Origin: Laetmonice hystrix
Lineage: Eukaryota
Direction of reading: 5' to 3'
DNA length: 64,000 nt
NCBI GenBank assembly: GCA_965235115.1
Contig: OZ249436.1
Span: 45,882,001-45,946,000 of the forward strand
Made by a program: the position numbers and the translations under genes. The notes beneath the pieces are model-generated. The model was not told the origin of the DNA. It was given only the letters and a program-made list of their open reading frames with translations, and made no database searches. Below are positions 1 to 11,147 of the stretch, piece after piece (positions within the stretch are counted from its first letter, which is position 1; the number at the start of each line of letters is the position of its first letter).

Positions 1-1331
1 CCTCTGACGTCAAACAATGTCTGGTGTTAGAACAGTGTCGACCCACACCTCTGACGTCAAACCATGTCTGGTGTTAGAACAGTGTCGACCCACACCTCTG
101 ACGTCAAACAATGTCTTGTGTTAGAACAGTGTCGGCCCACACCCCTGACGTCAAACAATGTCTGGTGTTAAAAACAGTGTAGGCCCACACCTCTGACGTC
201 AAACAATGTCTCGTGTTAGAAACAGTGTAGGCCCACACCTCTGACGTCAAACAATGTCTGGTGTTAGAAACAGTGTAGGCCCACACCCCTGACGTCAAAC
301 AATGTCTGGTGTTAGAAACAGTGTAGGCCCACACCTCTGACGTCAAACAATGTCTGGTGTTAGAACAGTGTAGGCCCACACCTCTGACGTCAAACAATGT
401 CTGGTGTTAGAAACAGTGTCGGCCCACACCTCTGACGTCAAACAATGTCTCGTGTTAGAAACAGTGTCGGCCCACACCCCTGATGTCAAACAATGTCTTG
501 TGTTAGAAACAGTGTCGGCCCACACCCTTGATGTCAAACCATGTCTGGTGTTAAAACAGTGTAGGCCCACACCTCTGACGTCAAACAATGTCTTGTGTTA
601 GAAACAGTGTCGGCCCACACCCCTGACGTCAAACAATGTCTGGTGTTAGAAACAGTGTAGGCCCACACCCCTGACGTCAAACAATGTCTGGTGTTAGAAA
701 CAGTGTAGGCCCACACCTCTGACGTCAAACAATGTCTTGTGTTAGAAACAGTGTCGGCCCACACCCCAGATGTCAAACAATGGCTGGTGTTAGAAACAGT
801 GTAGGCCCACACCCCTGACGTCAAACAATGTCTGGGGCTAGAACAGTGTCGGCCCACACCTCTGACGTCAAACAATGTCTTGTGTTAGAAACAGTGTAGG
901 CCCACACCTCTGACGTCAAACAATGTCTTGTGTTAGAAACAGTGTAGGTCCACACCCCTGACGTCAAACCATGTCTGGTGTTAGAAAGAGTGTAGGACCA
1001 CACCCCTGACGTCAAACAATGTCTTGTGTTAGAAACAGTGTAGGTCCACACCCCTGACGTCAAACCATGCCTGGTGTTAGAAACAGTGTAGGACCACACC
1101 CCTGACGTCAAACAATGTCTGGTGTTAGAAACAGTGTCGGCCCACACCCCTGCCGTCAAACAATGTCTAGTGTTAGAAACAGTGTAGGCCCACACCTCTG
1201 ACATCAAACAATGTCTCGTGTTAGAAACAGTGTCGGCCCACACCCCTGACGTCAAACAATGTCTGGTGTTAGAAACAGTGTAGGCCCACACCTCTGACGT
1301 CAAACAATGTCTGGGGTTAGAACAGTGTCGG
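1..1331. repeat. Minisatellite, 47-48-bp unit, about 28 copies, runs off the window start
   Basis: Unit CTGACGTCAAACAATGTCTGGTGTTAGAAACAGTGTAGGCCCACACCT. Confidence 0.97.
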
Positions 1332-2091
1332 CGCTGTAGGACTTACGCAACGGAAATGGCCTCGGGAGTTTCGATTGTCCCGCCCCCTCGGATTAATAAC
1401 TGGCGCCACCTGGTGAGTATGACGTCAGCTACGCATTCGATTGGTTCTCTATCCCTTCACAAGGTGGCGAGCAACACCAGCATGACCAAAACTGGACTGG
1501 TCAACAGACGCGTCCGCTGGTCAGCCTTAGAACAAAGTGAACGATCTCTGCTTGGAGTGTGACCAACATGGCCATGCGGGATGTAGACTGGTACCCCGAC
1601 CCGACCCCGTTCCGACTGAGACAGTCCCTTTCCCTTTCAGACTGCATCTCGAGGTCGGCTATAAGTTGCAGGTTTTTTTCAAATATTGGCCGCCAGTGCC
1701 AGCCTTGACAGAATGTTACTTTGATAACTTGTCTCCAAACAGATGAACCAGCAATTATAACACATTACTGGCCAGGTGAGGAGAAATAGTAATCCTTGTT
1801 TATAATGAGATGTTACCACGAAATAGAAATTCTCCCTCGCGATCCGGCTGTCAGCCTGGGGAAGACGGTTTCTGCAAACACGTTTCCTGTGATAATATTT
1901 CCTGACAATAGTTTTTCATTTCCATATGCTTCCTTTGTGCTCCCTCATCTTTCTTTTACACGTAAAATACGGTTAGGCCTAATTTGTCTGTTTTTCAATT
2001 TTTTTGTTATTCCCGATTTTTCCCTGCGTCGACAATCTACAGTGCAAGTTCCATTCAAAAGTATGGATGTATCTAGTCGGCCAACACATAC

Positions 2092-2146
2092 CAACAACAA
2101 CAGCACCAACAACAACCACAACAACAACAACAACAACAACAACAAC
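2092..2146. repeat. (CAA)n microsatellite
   Basis: Imperfect CAA run. Confidence 0.9.
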
Positions 2147-2234
2147 CTCACCTGACAGTGTTACGTTGATACGTTTAGTTGAATGCGAGTTTTCAACCAA
2201 TCTCAAAATTTCGCTTTATGCTTGACGTCTTTAC

Positions 2235-3905
2235 TTCAGTAGGTCTCAGTGCTATCTGCCTGTCCTTCAGTAGGTCTCAGTGCTATCAGCCTCCGTCCTT
2301 CAGTAGGTCTCAGTGCTATCAGCCTCCGTCCTTCAGTAGGTCTCAGTGCTATCTGCCTCCGTAGGTCTCAGTGCTATCTGCCTCCGTCCTTCAGTAGGTC
2401 TCAGTGCTATCTGCCTCCGTCCTTCAGTAGGTCTCAGTTTTATCAGCCTCCGTCCTTCAGTAGGTCTCAGTGCTATCTGCCTCCGTCCTTCAGTAGGTCT
2501 CAGTGCTATCTGCCTCCGTAGGTCTCAGTGCTATCTGCCTCCGTCCTTCAGTAGGTCTCAGTGCTATCTGCCTCCGTCCTTCAGTAGGTCTCAGTTTTAT
2601 CAGCCTCCGTCCTTCAGTAGGTCTCAGTGCTATCTGCCTCCGTCCTTCAGTAGGTCTCAGTGCTATCTGCCTCCGTCCTTCAGTAGGTCTCAGTGCTATC
2701 TGCCTCCGTCCTTCAGTAGGTCTCAGTGCTATCTACCTCCGTCCTTCAGTAGGTCTCAGTGCTATCTGCCTCCGTCCTTCAGTAGGTCTCAGTGCTATCT
2801 ACCTCCGTCCTTCAGTAGGTCTCAGTGTTATCTGCCTCCGTCCTTCTGTAGGTCTCAGTGCTATCTGCCTCCGTCCTTCAGTAGGTCTCAGTGCTATCTG
2901 CCTCCGTCCTTCAGTAGGTCTCAGTGCTATCTGCCTCCGTCCTTCAGTAGGTCTCAGTGCTATCTGCCTGTCCTTCAGTAGGTCTCAGTGCTATCTGCCT
3001 CCGTCCTTCAGTAGGTCTCAGTGCTATCTGCCTCCGTCCTTCTGTAGGTCTCAGTGCTATCTGCCTCCGTCCTTCAGTAGGTCTCAGTGCTATCTGCCTC
3101 CGTCCTTCAGTAGGTCTCAGTGCTGTATGCCTCCGTCCTTCAGTAGGTCTCAGTGCTATCTGCCTCCGTCCTTCAGTAGGTCTCAGTGCTATCTGCCTCC
3201 GTCCTTCAGTAGGTCTCAGTGCTATCTGCCTCCGTCCTTCAGTAGGTCTCAGTGCTATCTGCCTCCGTCCTTCAGTAGGTCTCAGTGCTATCTGCCTCCG
3301 TCCTTCAGTAGGTCTCAGTGCTATCTGCCTCCGTCCTTCAGTAGGTCTCAGTGCTATCTGCCTCCGTCCTTCAGTAGGTCTCAGTGCTATCTGCCTCCGT
3401 CCTTCAGTAGGTCTCAGTGCTATCTGCCTCCGTCCTTCAGTAGATCTCAGTGCTATCTGCCTCCGTCCTTCAGTAGGTCTCAGTGCTATCGGCCTCCGTC
3501 CTTCAGTAGGTCTCAGTGCTATCTGCCCCCGTCCTTCAGTAGGTCTCAGTGTTATCTGCCTCCGTCCTTCAGTAGGTCTCAGTGCTATCGGCCTCCGTTC
3601 TTCAGTAGGTCTCAGTGCTATCTGCCTCCGTCCTTCAGTAGGTCTCAGTGCTATCTGCCTCCGTCCTTCAGTAGGTCTCAGTGCTATCGGCCTCCGTTCT
3701 TCAGTAGGTCTCAGTGCTATCTGCCTCCGTCCTTCAGTAGGTCTCAGTGCTATCGGCCTCCGTCCTTCAGTAGGTCTCAGTGCTATCTGCCTCCGTCCTT
3801 CAGTAGGTCTCAGTGCTATCGGCCTCCGTCCTTCAGTAGGTCTCAGTGCTATATGCCTCCGTCCTTCAGTAGGTCTCAGTGCTATATGCCTCCGTCCTTC
3901 AGCAG
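2235..3905. repeat. Minisatellite, 33-bp unit, about 51 copies
   Basis: Unit TTCAGTAGGTCTCAGTGCTATCTGCCTCCGTCC, with occasional 31- and 25-bp deletion units. Confidence 0.97.
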
Positions 3906-4685
3906 ATCTCAGAGCCTCCGTCGCCCGGAAACTGTTCGCTCGTCTATTTCTGGATGGGATCCCGACCTGGATGTTTGATATAATACTCACACCCATGCTA
4001 TTGTTAGGACCGGTAATTGTATTATTTTCATGTTTTTCTCGGTTGATTGTTACGCTTGGCCCGTGGGACGAGGAACTGTCTGCGTCTGGTTTGTTTTACA
4101 GTAAATTAAAACGGACACATTCTAAATTTAGTACATGAATAAACAACTTAGATTAAACAAATGCTCATATTCGATTTGTTTCAATCAGTCATTGAATGCA
4201 CCTGGAGATAAACGTTCTGTTGAGCGATAAATAGTCATAGATACAGTTTTATCAAAACTAGAGACGATAAATGTATAGGTTTCCATTCGACGCGAGGAAA
4301 TCGGATTCGCTGAAAGGGACAATTCCAGATAAGAGAATGGGCGCGACGTTTGTGGAAAAGTAACTCCTAAGTAAAACCATAATACAGACCCTGAGTGCAT
4401 GCTGCTGTGTGCCAATCAGATCCGCCCATGTCAAGGCTGGTTTGCCTCCCCCCCCCCCCTCCCCCCACTATCAATAGGTTCCGAAACCATGCTCAGTTTA
4501 CCACAATGTATCCCTGTGTATTAGGCCTAACAATCAAAGGGTTAATTGATTATATTGAGTACTCTAAGGGTGGCCACGTCTACCGTATACCATGCAGAAA
4601 CTTGGACAAATGGCGCCAAATATCTATGTCCCTACCTCACCTATACAGTTTGTGTATGACGAACTGATTCTCAAAGTATCATAAA

Positions 4686-4885
4686 CAGTAGCGTCGGAAG
4701 ATACTTTTTCCAGGGGGGCTGAAGTCGGCCTAGGCCGACTCTGGCCCTGTTCTATCCCACTCATTGACAAAATAAGCTGATAAATATGGCTGAGTGAGGT
4801 TCAGCAGAAGGGGGGGGGGGGGGGTCCTGCTTGGATCACACGGGTGGGGGCGATCGCCCCCTGCCCCCTGGTTCCGACGCCTATG
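4686..4885. mobile_element. Short G/C-tract MITE
   Basis: TAGCGTCGGAA...TTCCGACGCCTA inverted ends; a related 3' end recurs at about 5678..5723. No TSD seen. Confidence 0.5.
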
Positions 4886-5825
4886 TGTACTCTTTGTTTG
4901 TTTGTATACAAGAGTAGCCAGTAGTATAAGAACGCCTCATCTTTCATGTTCCCATACCTTTATTGTCCAGGAGGCAGGCCATACGATTTGTACATCATTT
5001 ACTCCCATCTAATCTGTATCCCCTACAGACCATCTGTAAGCGTCCGACAACGTTCTCAGGTAGTCCCAATGGCTGTTTGCCGTAAAGGTTTAATTAACAA
5101 TGGCAAATGACGTTGTACGCCCTTTCTATATCAGATATCCCATCCCCAAGTAACAAAAGATTACAGAGATGTTGCAGGCAAACGCCACCGCGCTGTACTG
5201 AAGCAGCGCCTCCGACTGCACTGCCACCTTCCGGCTACCGATGGAATCACCACGTATACCTGGCCGGGCTGGCAGGCACCTGTGGCACTGAGGGGAGAGA
5301 TAGGGTTCTGCAATGATAAGCGAAAAATGGCTTCATTTTTGATACGTCAAATTGAAATTATGCCCCTAAAAATTATGATTTTTAGTCCAGATGTATAACT
5401 GCAAACGTTTTCGTCACGTACGTTCGCTACAGAAAAAAGGTTGTGATATGTATGTACTTCCCATTTGAGTATATTCTCCAAATTGTAACATTAGATGCTC
5501 CTCGCCTGTAGCTTTCATTTCCACTGCCTCACTGTACTGTTTGCATGGGTACTAGGCCAGCCGGTAAAATGTAGGGACTCCTCACTCTACTGTTTGGCCT
5601 CCCATACTGCTTGGCCTCACAGTACTGTTTGGCCTCACTGTACTGTCTGGCCTCACTGTAGTATTTGCTTGGGTACTGGGGGGGGGGGATTGCCCCCCCC
5701 TGCCCTTGGTTCCAACGACTATGATAAACATGGCCTATCTACCATGACTGAGCTTGACGCGCGGATTAAAATTAAAATCTTGAATATTCCATTGAAATAA
5801 TTGCTCATCTGAATATATGATACGA

Positions 5826-6093
5826 CAGGGCTGGATCCAGGATTTTTTCCAAGGGGGGGGGGGGGGGTTGCAGTCATCTAGTCGGCCTATCAGTGTATCA
5901 TTGCCAGTTATTTGCTGTTGTTTTCTCTTAAAATTATTATTATTTTATAGGATATTGGTTAATTACCGTTTTAGATTTCAGATTCATACCGTGATTCTTT
6001 GAGGAAAGAATTTTACAACTTATTTCCTTTTAGGGGGTTTCTAAGGGGGCGTTGCAACCCCCACAACCCCCACAACCCCTCGATCCGGTCCTT
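5826..6093. mobile_element. Short G/C-tract MITE
   Basis: CAGGGCTGGATC...GATCCGGTCCTT imperfect TIRs; TACGA on both sides (5821-5825, 6094-6098). Confidence 0.5.
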
Positions 6094-6408
6094 TACGATA
6101 TTGTGGTCTTGGAATTTTCCTTAATATGAGACATACCTGGACCTGGTATATCTCCACCTAGTTCTAGAAACCTTTCCTACCTGTCGACGATGGCACGTGC
6201 TGGGATGTTCCACATTGTTGCAGACTTCCGGGTTTTTTTGTTGTTGTTGGAGAGAGATAAAGATTATAACAGGGGCGAGTAGGCGAGTAATAAAGCTGTT
6301 AATGTGCATGGGAACCGGGCTAAAAAAAATGTAAGGTTGGAGTTCTGAACTAACTTGGAACTTGTGTTTGCCATCACCCTGAGTCCATGACCCGAGGAGT
6401 TCCCAACA

Positions 6409-6504
6409 ATGTATCAACAGGCATTGAGGAGGGCAAAGGAGGGATTAGGAATAACCTTTGACCTTAAAGACAAACAGGTGGATGCATTAACAGCATTGTA
6501 CAAT
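6409..6504 (+). pseudogene. Truncated N-terminus of a RecQ-like SF2 helicase (probably a transposon remnant)
   Basis: MYQQALRRAKEGLGITFDLKDKQVDALTALYN resembles the Q-motif region that precedes motif I (LPTGxGKS); the similarity breaks off before motif I. Confidence 0.45.
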
Positions 6505-7029
6505 GCCAGTGGAGTGGCGGAAACACGTAGTGCAGATGGCGATCGGCAGTAGTGCCGATGTATCCCATCAACCTTCAAGAGGAAGAGGTCAGTTGGCGCG
6601 CCCGATGGCTGCTTCCGGAACGATGACTTGACCTACGATATCAAATGTTCTCACAGACGCTGAACCAGCGCTAACCATCATGGTGGTCACCGTGTGGTTC
6701 CGTCCGGCAGTCGCGAGTTCACAGTGTTGACACCAGATGGCAGTACATTTTGACCATGAGGTTTTGACCATGTTGCGTCTCAGCCTTGCGTTTATATTAT
6801 CAGGGGGGGGGGGTGCAAGGCAGTTTGGGGCGGCCCTTGCTAGATCAGGGGGCCGTGGGTACCTAAAAATAATGGTAATATTCTCAAGAATATTATTCAA
6901 AACGTCGACGTGCCCCGATGGGTGTTTATCAGTACCATGTATAACACTACAATTCTCCGGCCCCGATTACGTTAAAATATGCAAATGTAAATACACTGAG
7001 TTCAACCACAATGTCCATGTCCCTATACA

Positions 7030-7228
7030 CATATAGCCGTGGGAGGCGGGGGGGTCGGGGGGTCGCGGGGATATATGCCCCCCAAATTGAGATTTTTCGA
7101 GCAATCCATCGGGGAAAAATCGGGCAGTATTGGCAAAAAGATCTGGTGAATTTTGCCCGATTTTTTTTTATCCTATTTTGTCGGGCAACATCCTCTCCCC
7201 CCAACATTATTGATCCCCTACGGCTATG
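7030..7228. mobile_element. Short hAT-like MITE with 8-bp TSD
   Basis: CATATAGCCGTGGG...CCCTACGGCTATG ends; CCTATACA at 7022-7029 and 7229-7236. Confidence 0.75.
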
Positions 7229-8832
7229 CCTATACATTCCGAATATATATTTTCTAAAGTCTATTGGAGTTACCATAACCATCGTATAATGTTTGTGACA
7301 TGCCGATAAAACAACTAAACGCCAGATTAAATTTAATCACATAATACGGTTTCGTTTTATGGCGCCATTCCACATTTCCATCAACACGTAACCAGCAGCG
7401 TCCCGAGCAGCTGCTGGCGCTTCTACTGCTCTGGCCAGCGACGCCATCAGGCGCCATCAGCAGGCCAAGGCTGCCGATCGATCGATGGCGGTAGTAGAAG
7501 GTATTGTTCTGTTGTCAGAGCGCCCACCCCTCCGCTGCCGCCCGGCCTCCATTTTGAATGTTTTATGGCGCTGTTCCCGCCCTTTCATTGGACGTCACGA
7601 TCACCCCCAACCCGCTCATTGGATGCCACGTGCCGGGCGTCAGTCTGCGGGGTTCGTGGTTTCTCCCCAACCCGCACTGACTACCATATGGCAGCGCTAA
7701 ACTGCTATATACCAGAGTGCCATACTGTGATTCGCCACCAATGTAGCAATAAAACACTGCCACAATGACCAGTCCGGTGAAAGGACAGGTGTAGGCCTCG
7801 AGTTACAGGTGGTCAGCGTCCAAGGCCGGACTGGGCCTGCAGTGAGTGAGCGTGTGAACGTAACGAACGCCCCCCCCCCCTCCTTCTGCTCACCAAGCCC
7901 CTCCCCTCCGTCAGTCTCCCCCACCGTCACTGCATGCCCTCCATTCACAATCCACCGGACGTGCGTCAGGAAACGTCATGAATTAAACATGCGCTCTGCT
8001 CTCCGCGGCTCCAGAACGGACCTTAAGAGAAATACGCTCCAAAAATACAGCACAAACGATTGAAACCACTGAGCTGAGAAGATCGTATAGGTTTGAAGGA
8101 CACGCGACTGAGATTTTGTGTCGTAAATCCACACTTCCACCATCATTCGGAGACAGAGGCAGGGAAGCGATTGAAGACCCGTCAAGCATCAGGTGGGTAC
8201 AGCGTTCTCAGCTCTCAGACAATGTTGGAACTACGAACGCTCTGCTGGGAAACACCTCCTCCCGCGTCAGTATGGCCTGGCTACATCCACAGCCGATCCA
8301 AGATGGCTGAAAGACATTTAAGCGTAGCTAGCAAACAATATGTTTGCAATCACACGCGCTGTTCTATAGGTTATAGGAATCACTTAATATGTAAGACAAG
8401 CCCCCTGGAGCGGGCAAAGTCCACTCTTCAGCACCATTCGGCCTAGCCTTGACAAAATCGTATGTTTTTAGAGGACAATATGTTACAAGATAATGGGGAC
8501 TTGTAGTATTCACAATCCATTTCTGATGCATATTACTTACACCCTGTCGAGGTTCACATTTCTCATGATTTTCTAAACATTAATTTAAACGTCCGCTCAT
8601 TTCATTCCGTTTCTGTTTCAAATGGCACGTAGCAAACTGTCAGCTATAAGTGGGACATGTTTCAAACGTGTGTATGACGGCCTCGTTATATAATGTTACT
8701 AATCAATAGGATATATATAGCGAGATGGTATTCAGGGTTATTCAATCGATTATTGAGCTATTCACATTGTATCGTACTAATGAACCATCGATATATGAGC
8801 GTTGGCAGGTCACAAGTCACACAATCTCAGAA

Positions 8833-9045
8833 TATCTCTCTTTATGTCTCTATCTGTGTCTCTCTCTGTCCGTCTGTCTGTCTCTGTCCGTCTCTGCATC
8901 TCTCTCTGTCCGTCTGTCTCTATCTGTCCGTCTCTCTGCATCTCTCTCTGTCCGTCTCTCTGCATCTATCTCTGTCTCTCTCTGTCTCTCTCTCCCCCCC
9001 TTGCAGAGAGACGAACAGAGAGAGATGCAGAGAGACGGACAGAGA
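8833..9045. repeat. CT-rich simple repeat ending in an inverted GA-rich copy
   Basis: TCTCTGTCCG-type repeats; 9002..9043 is the reverse complement of 8923..8964. Confidence 0.85.
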
Positions 9046-9556
9046 AACTGTACTGTTGTCACGTTTTCACTTTGCATCCTGACGTTTTTGAAACGTGACG
9101 TTGGCAGTCTACTTTCGCGTCGTAATTTGCTCGCCAACGCGTGCGTATTACATACAATCCCTTGACATGTTAGCTTTGCGTGAACATTTAACGTTTCAAT
9201 GACATTTAGGATACAGCGTTTCGGCGACTATACTGACATTCAGCCTTGAGTTTGGGTGATTCCTTCGTTTTAATAATGATGCCACCGCCCCCGCCATCCG
9301 AAGTTCATTTAGTATTTAAACATGTGTTGTTTTGTTTGTCCATATGGATGAAGTTCGTGCTCGTGTTGTTATAATAGTGTGTAATTATTGCCTTAGTTCC
9401 CAAGTAGTTTACATATTCTAATAACTGCGCACCAGGTGTTTGACGCTAGATCTCTGTTATGAATATATATAATAAATATTTATCGAATCCCTGGCCAGGG
9501 ACGGTCACATCCATGGGCGTCGAATCCTGGTATGTGAAAAATATATGGTGTTGTCT

Positions 9557-10225
9557 TGTCCCGATCCTTGAACTTAGGTTTCAAACGCAGGTTGTCATAT
9601 CCCGATCCTTGAACTTAGGTTTCAAACGCAGGTTGTCATGTCCCGATCCTTGAACTTAGGTTTCAAACGCAGGTTGTCATGTCCCGATCCTTGAACTTAG
9701 GTTTCAAACGCAGGTTGTCATGTCCCGATCCTTGAACTTAGGTTTCAAACGCAGGTTGTCATGTCCCGATATCCTTGAACTTAGGTTTCAAACGTAGGTT
9801 GTCATATCCCGATCCTTGAACTTAGGTTTCAAACGCAGGTTGTCATGTCCCGATATCCTTGAACTTAGGTTTCAAACGCAGGTTGTCATGTCCCGATATC
9901 CTTGAACTTAGGTTTCAAACGCAGGTTGTCATGTCCCGATATCCTTGAACTTAGGTTTCAAACGCAGGTTGTCATGTCCCGATAACCTTGAACTTAGGTT
10001 TCAAACGCAGGTTGTCATGTCCCGATATCCTTGAACTTAGGTTTCAAACGCAGGTTGTCATGTCCCGATCCTTGAACTTAGGTTTCAAACGCAGGTTGTC
10101 ATGTCCCGATCCTTGAACTTAGGTTTCAAACGCAGGTTGTCATATCCCGATATCCTTGAACTTAGGTTTCAAAAGTAGGTTGTCATGTCCCGATATCTTT
10201 GAACTTAGGTTTCAAAAGTAGGTTT
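9557..10225. repeat. Minisatellite, 41/43-bp unit, about 16 copies
   Basis: Unit GTCCCGAT(AT)CCTTGAACTTAGGTTTCAAACGCAGGTTGTCAT. Confidence 0.95.
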
Positions 10226-11018
10226 TCGTATATCGCGATATATGAACAGAAATGTCACCAGGACGAAGATAAACATTACACTCCAGGCAATGGTTCCACA
10301 AAATCAGTTCCTTTGGTAGGCATCTATTTGCGTTATACTATAATTTCCGGGTGCTGATTAACTGTTTTGTGACGCGCATCTTCACTGATATCTTTCTAAT
10401 AGAGCACCGCTTTTACAGATGAAAGAGAAAAGAAATTGATCCAAATGGAGACCGGACATATGGAGTGAATCGAATATCTTTCATTTGTTGTCGTGTTCCA
10501 CAAACACGAAAAAAAACCGGCGTATTTTTGGTTCTTATCGATGTTGTGGTGTTAGTTCAGAGAATGTATTTATTAGTCTGCTAGTGGCTATCGTCCTTTG
10601 ATGTTGGTCCTGTCCAGCCAATCAATTCTGAGTCTTTTGATGGTGGATCTGTTTCGTCTAGGCAGTTCTCAGTCTGCTGGAAGTGGTCGTCTTCTACACC
10701 CAGTTAATGCCATATCGTATAGAACACTTTGTGCACGATTCTCACCCCCCTGCAGGTGTCTACCTAAGTGTTTATATTACAAGGAATCACCTCCTACATG
10801 TATACCATCATTTATACCATTCCAAACGCCGTAAATGTGCACGTTTTTAAAGTAATGGTTGTATTTTAACAACCCCCTGTATTCGACCCTTTGCGCCAAT
10901 ACAGGAGAAGAGCGCAGTATGGATCTACAATGGATTAGGGGTATTAGAATTTCTCATATTTGCGTTAGGTATGAAAATATTCATGATGTATTTGTTTTCC
11001 AGGAGGCGGCTTGGCCAG

Positions 11019-11147
11019 ATGGCGGTAGCAATGTACGGGGTACTCCTGGCGGCGATGGTGGCAACGGCAGCGCACGCCAAGCCACTCGAAACCGAGGCTG
11101 ATGACGTCAGGATCGAAATGCGCATGCCCAATGTACAACCTACCGTG
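11019..11147 (+). CDS. Phm: PHM coding exon 1 (signal peptide to MRMPNVQPTV)
   Basis: ATG at 11019, hydrophobic signal peptide, donor GTG|gtaaga. An acceptor-like ttttccag ending at 11002 implies an upstream non-coding exon. Confidence 0.9.

Noticed and set aside
1..1331. CRISPR-like appearance of this and other regular arrays
   Set aside because: Units are head-to-tail with no unique spacers, there are no cas genes, and the context is a spliced eukaryotic locus.
2179..4138. Long ORFs (211-491 aa) on both strands
   Set aside because: They are translations of a 33-bp unit, open in several frames and broken by frameshifting units.
7790..8090. GC-rich promoter-like segment that might hold the PHM non-coding first exon
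   Set aside because: Suggestive composition only; no strong donor or core-promoter motif can be fixed without transcript data.
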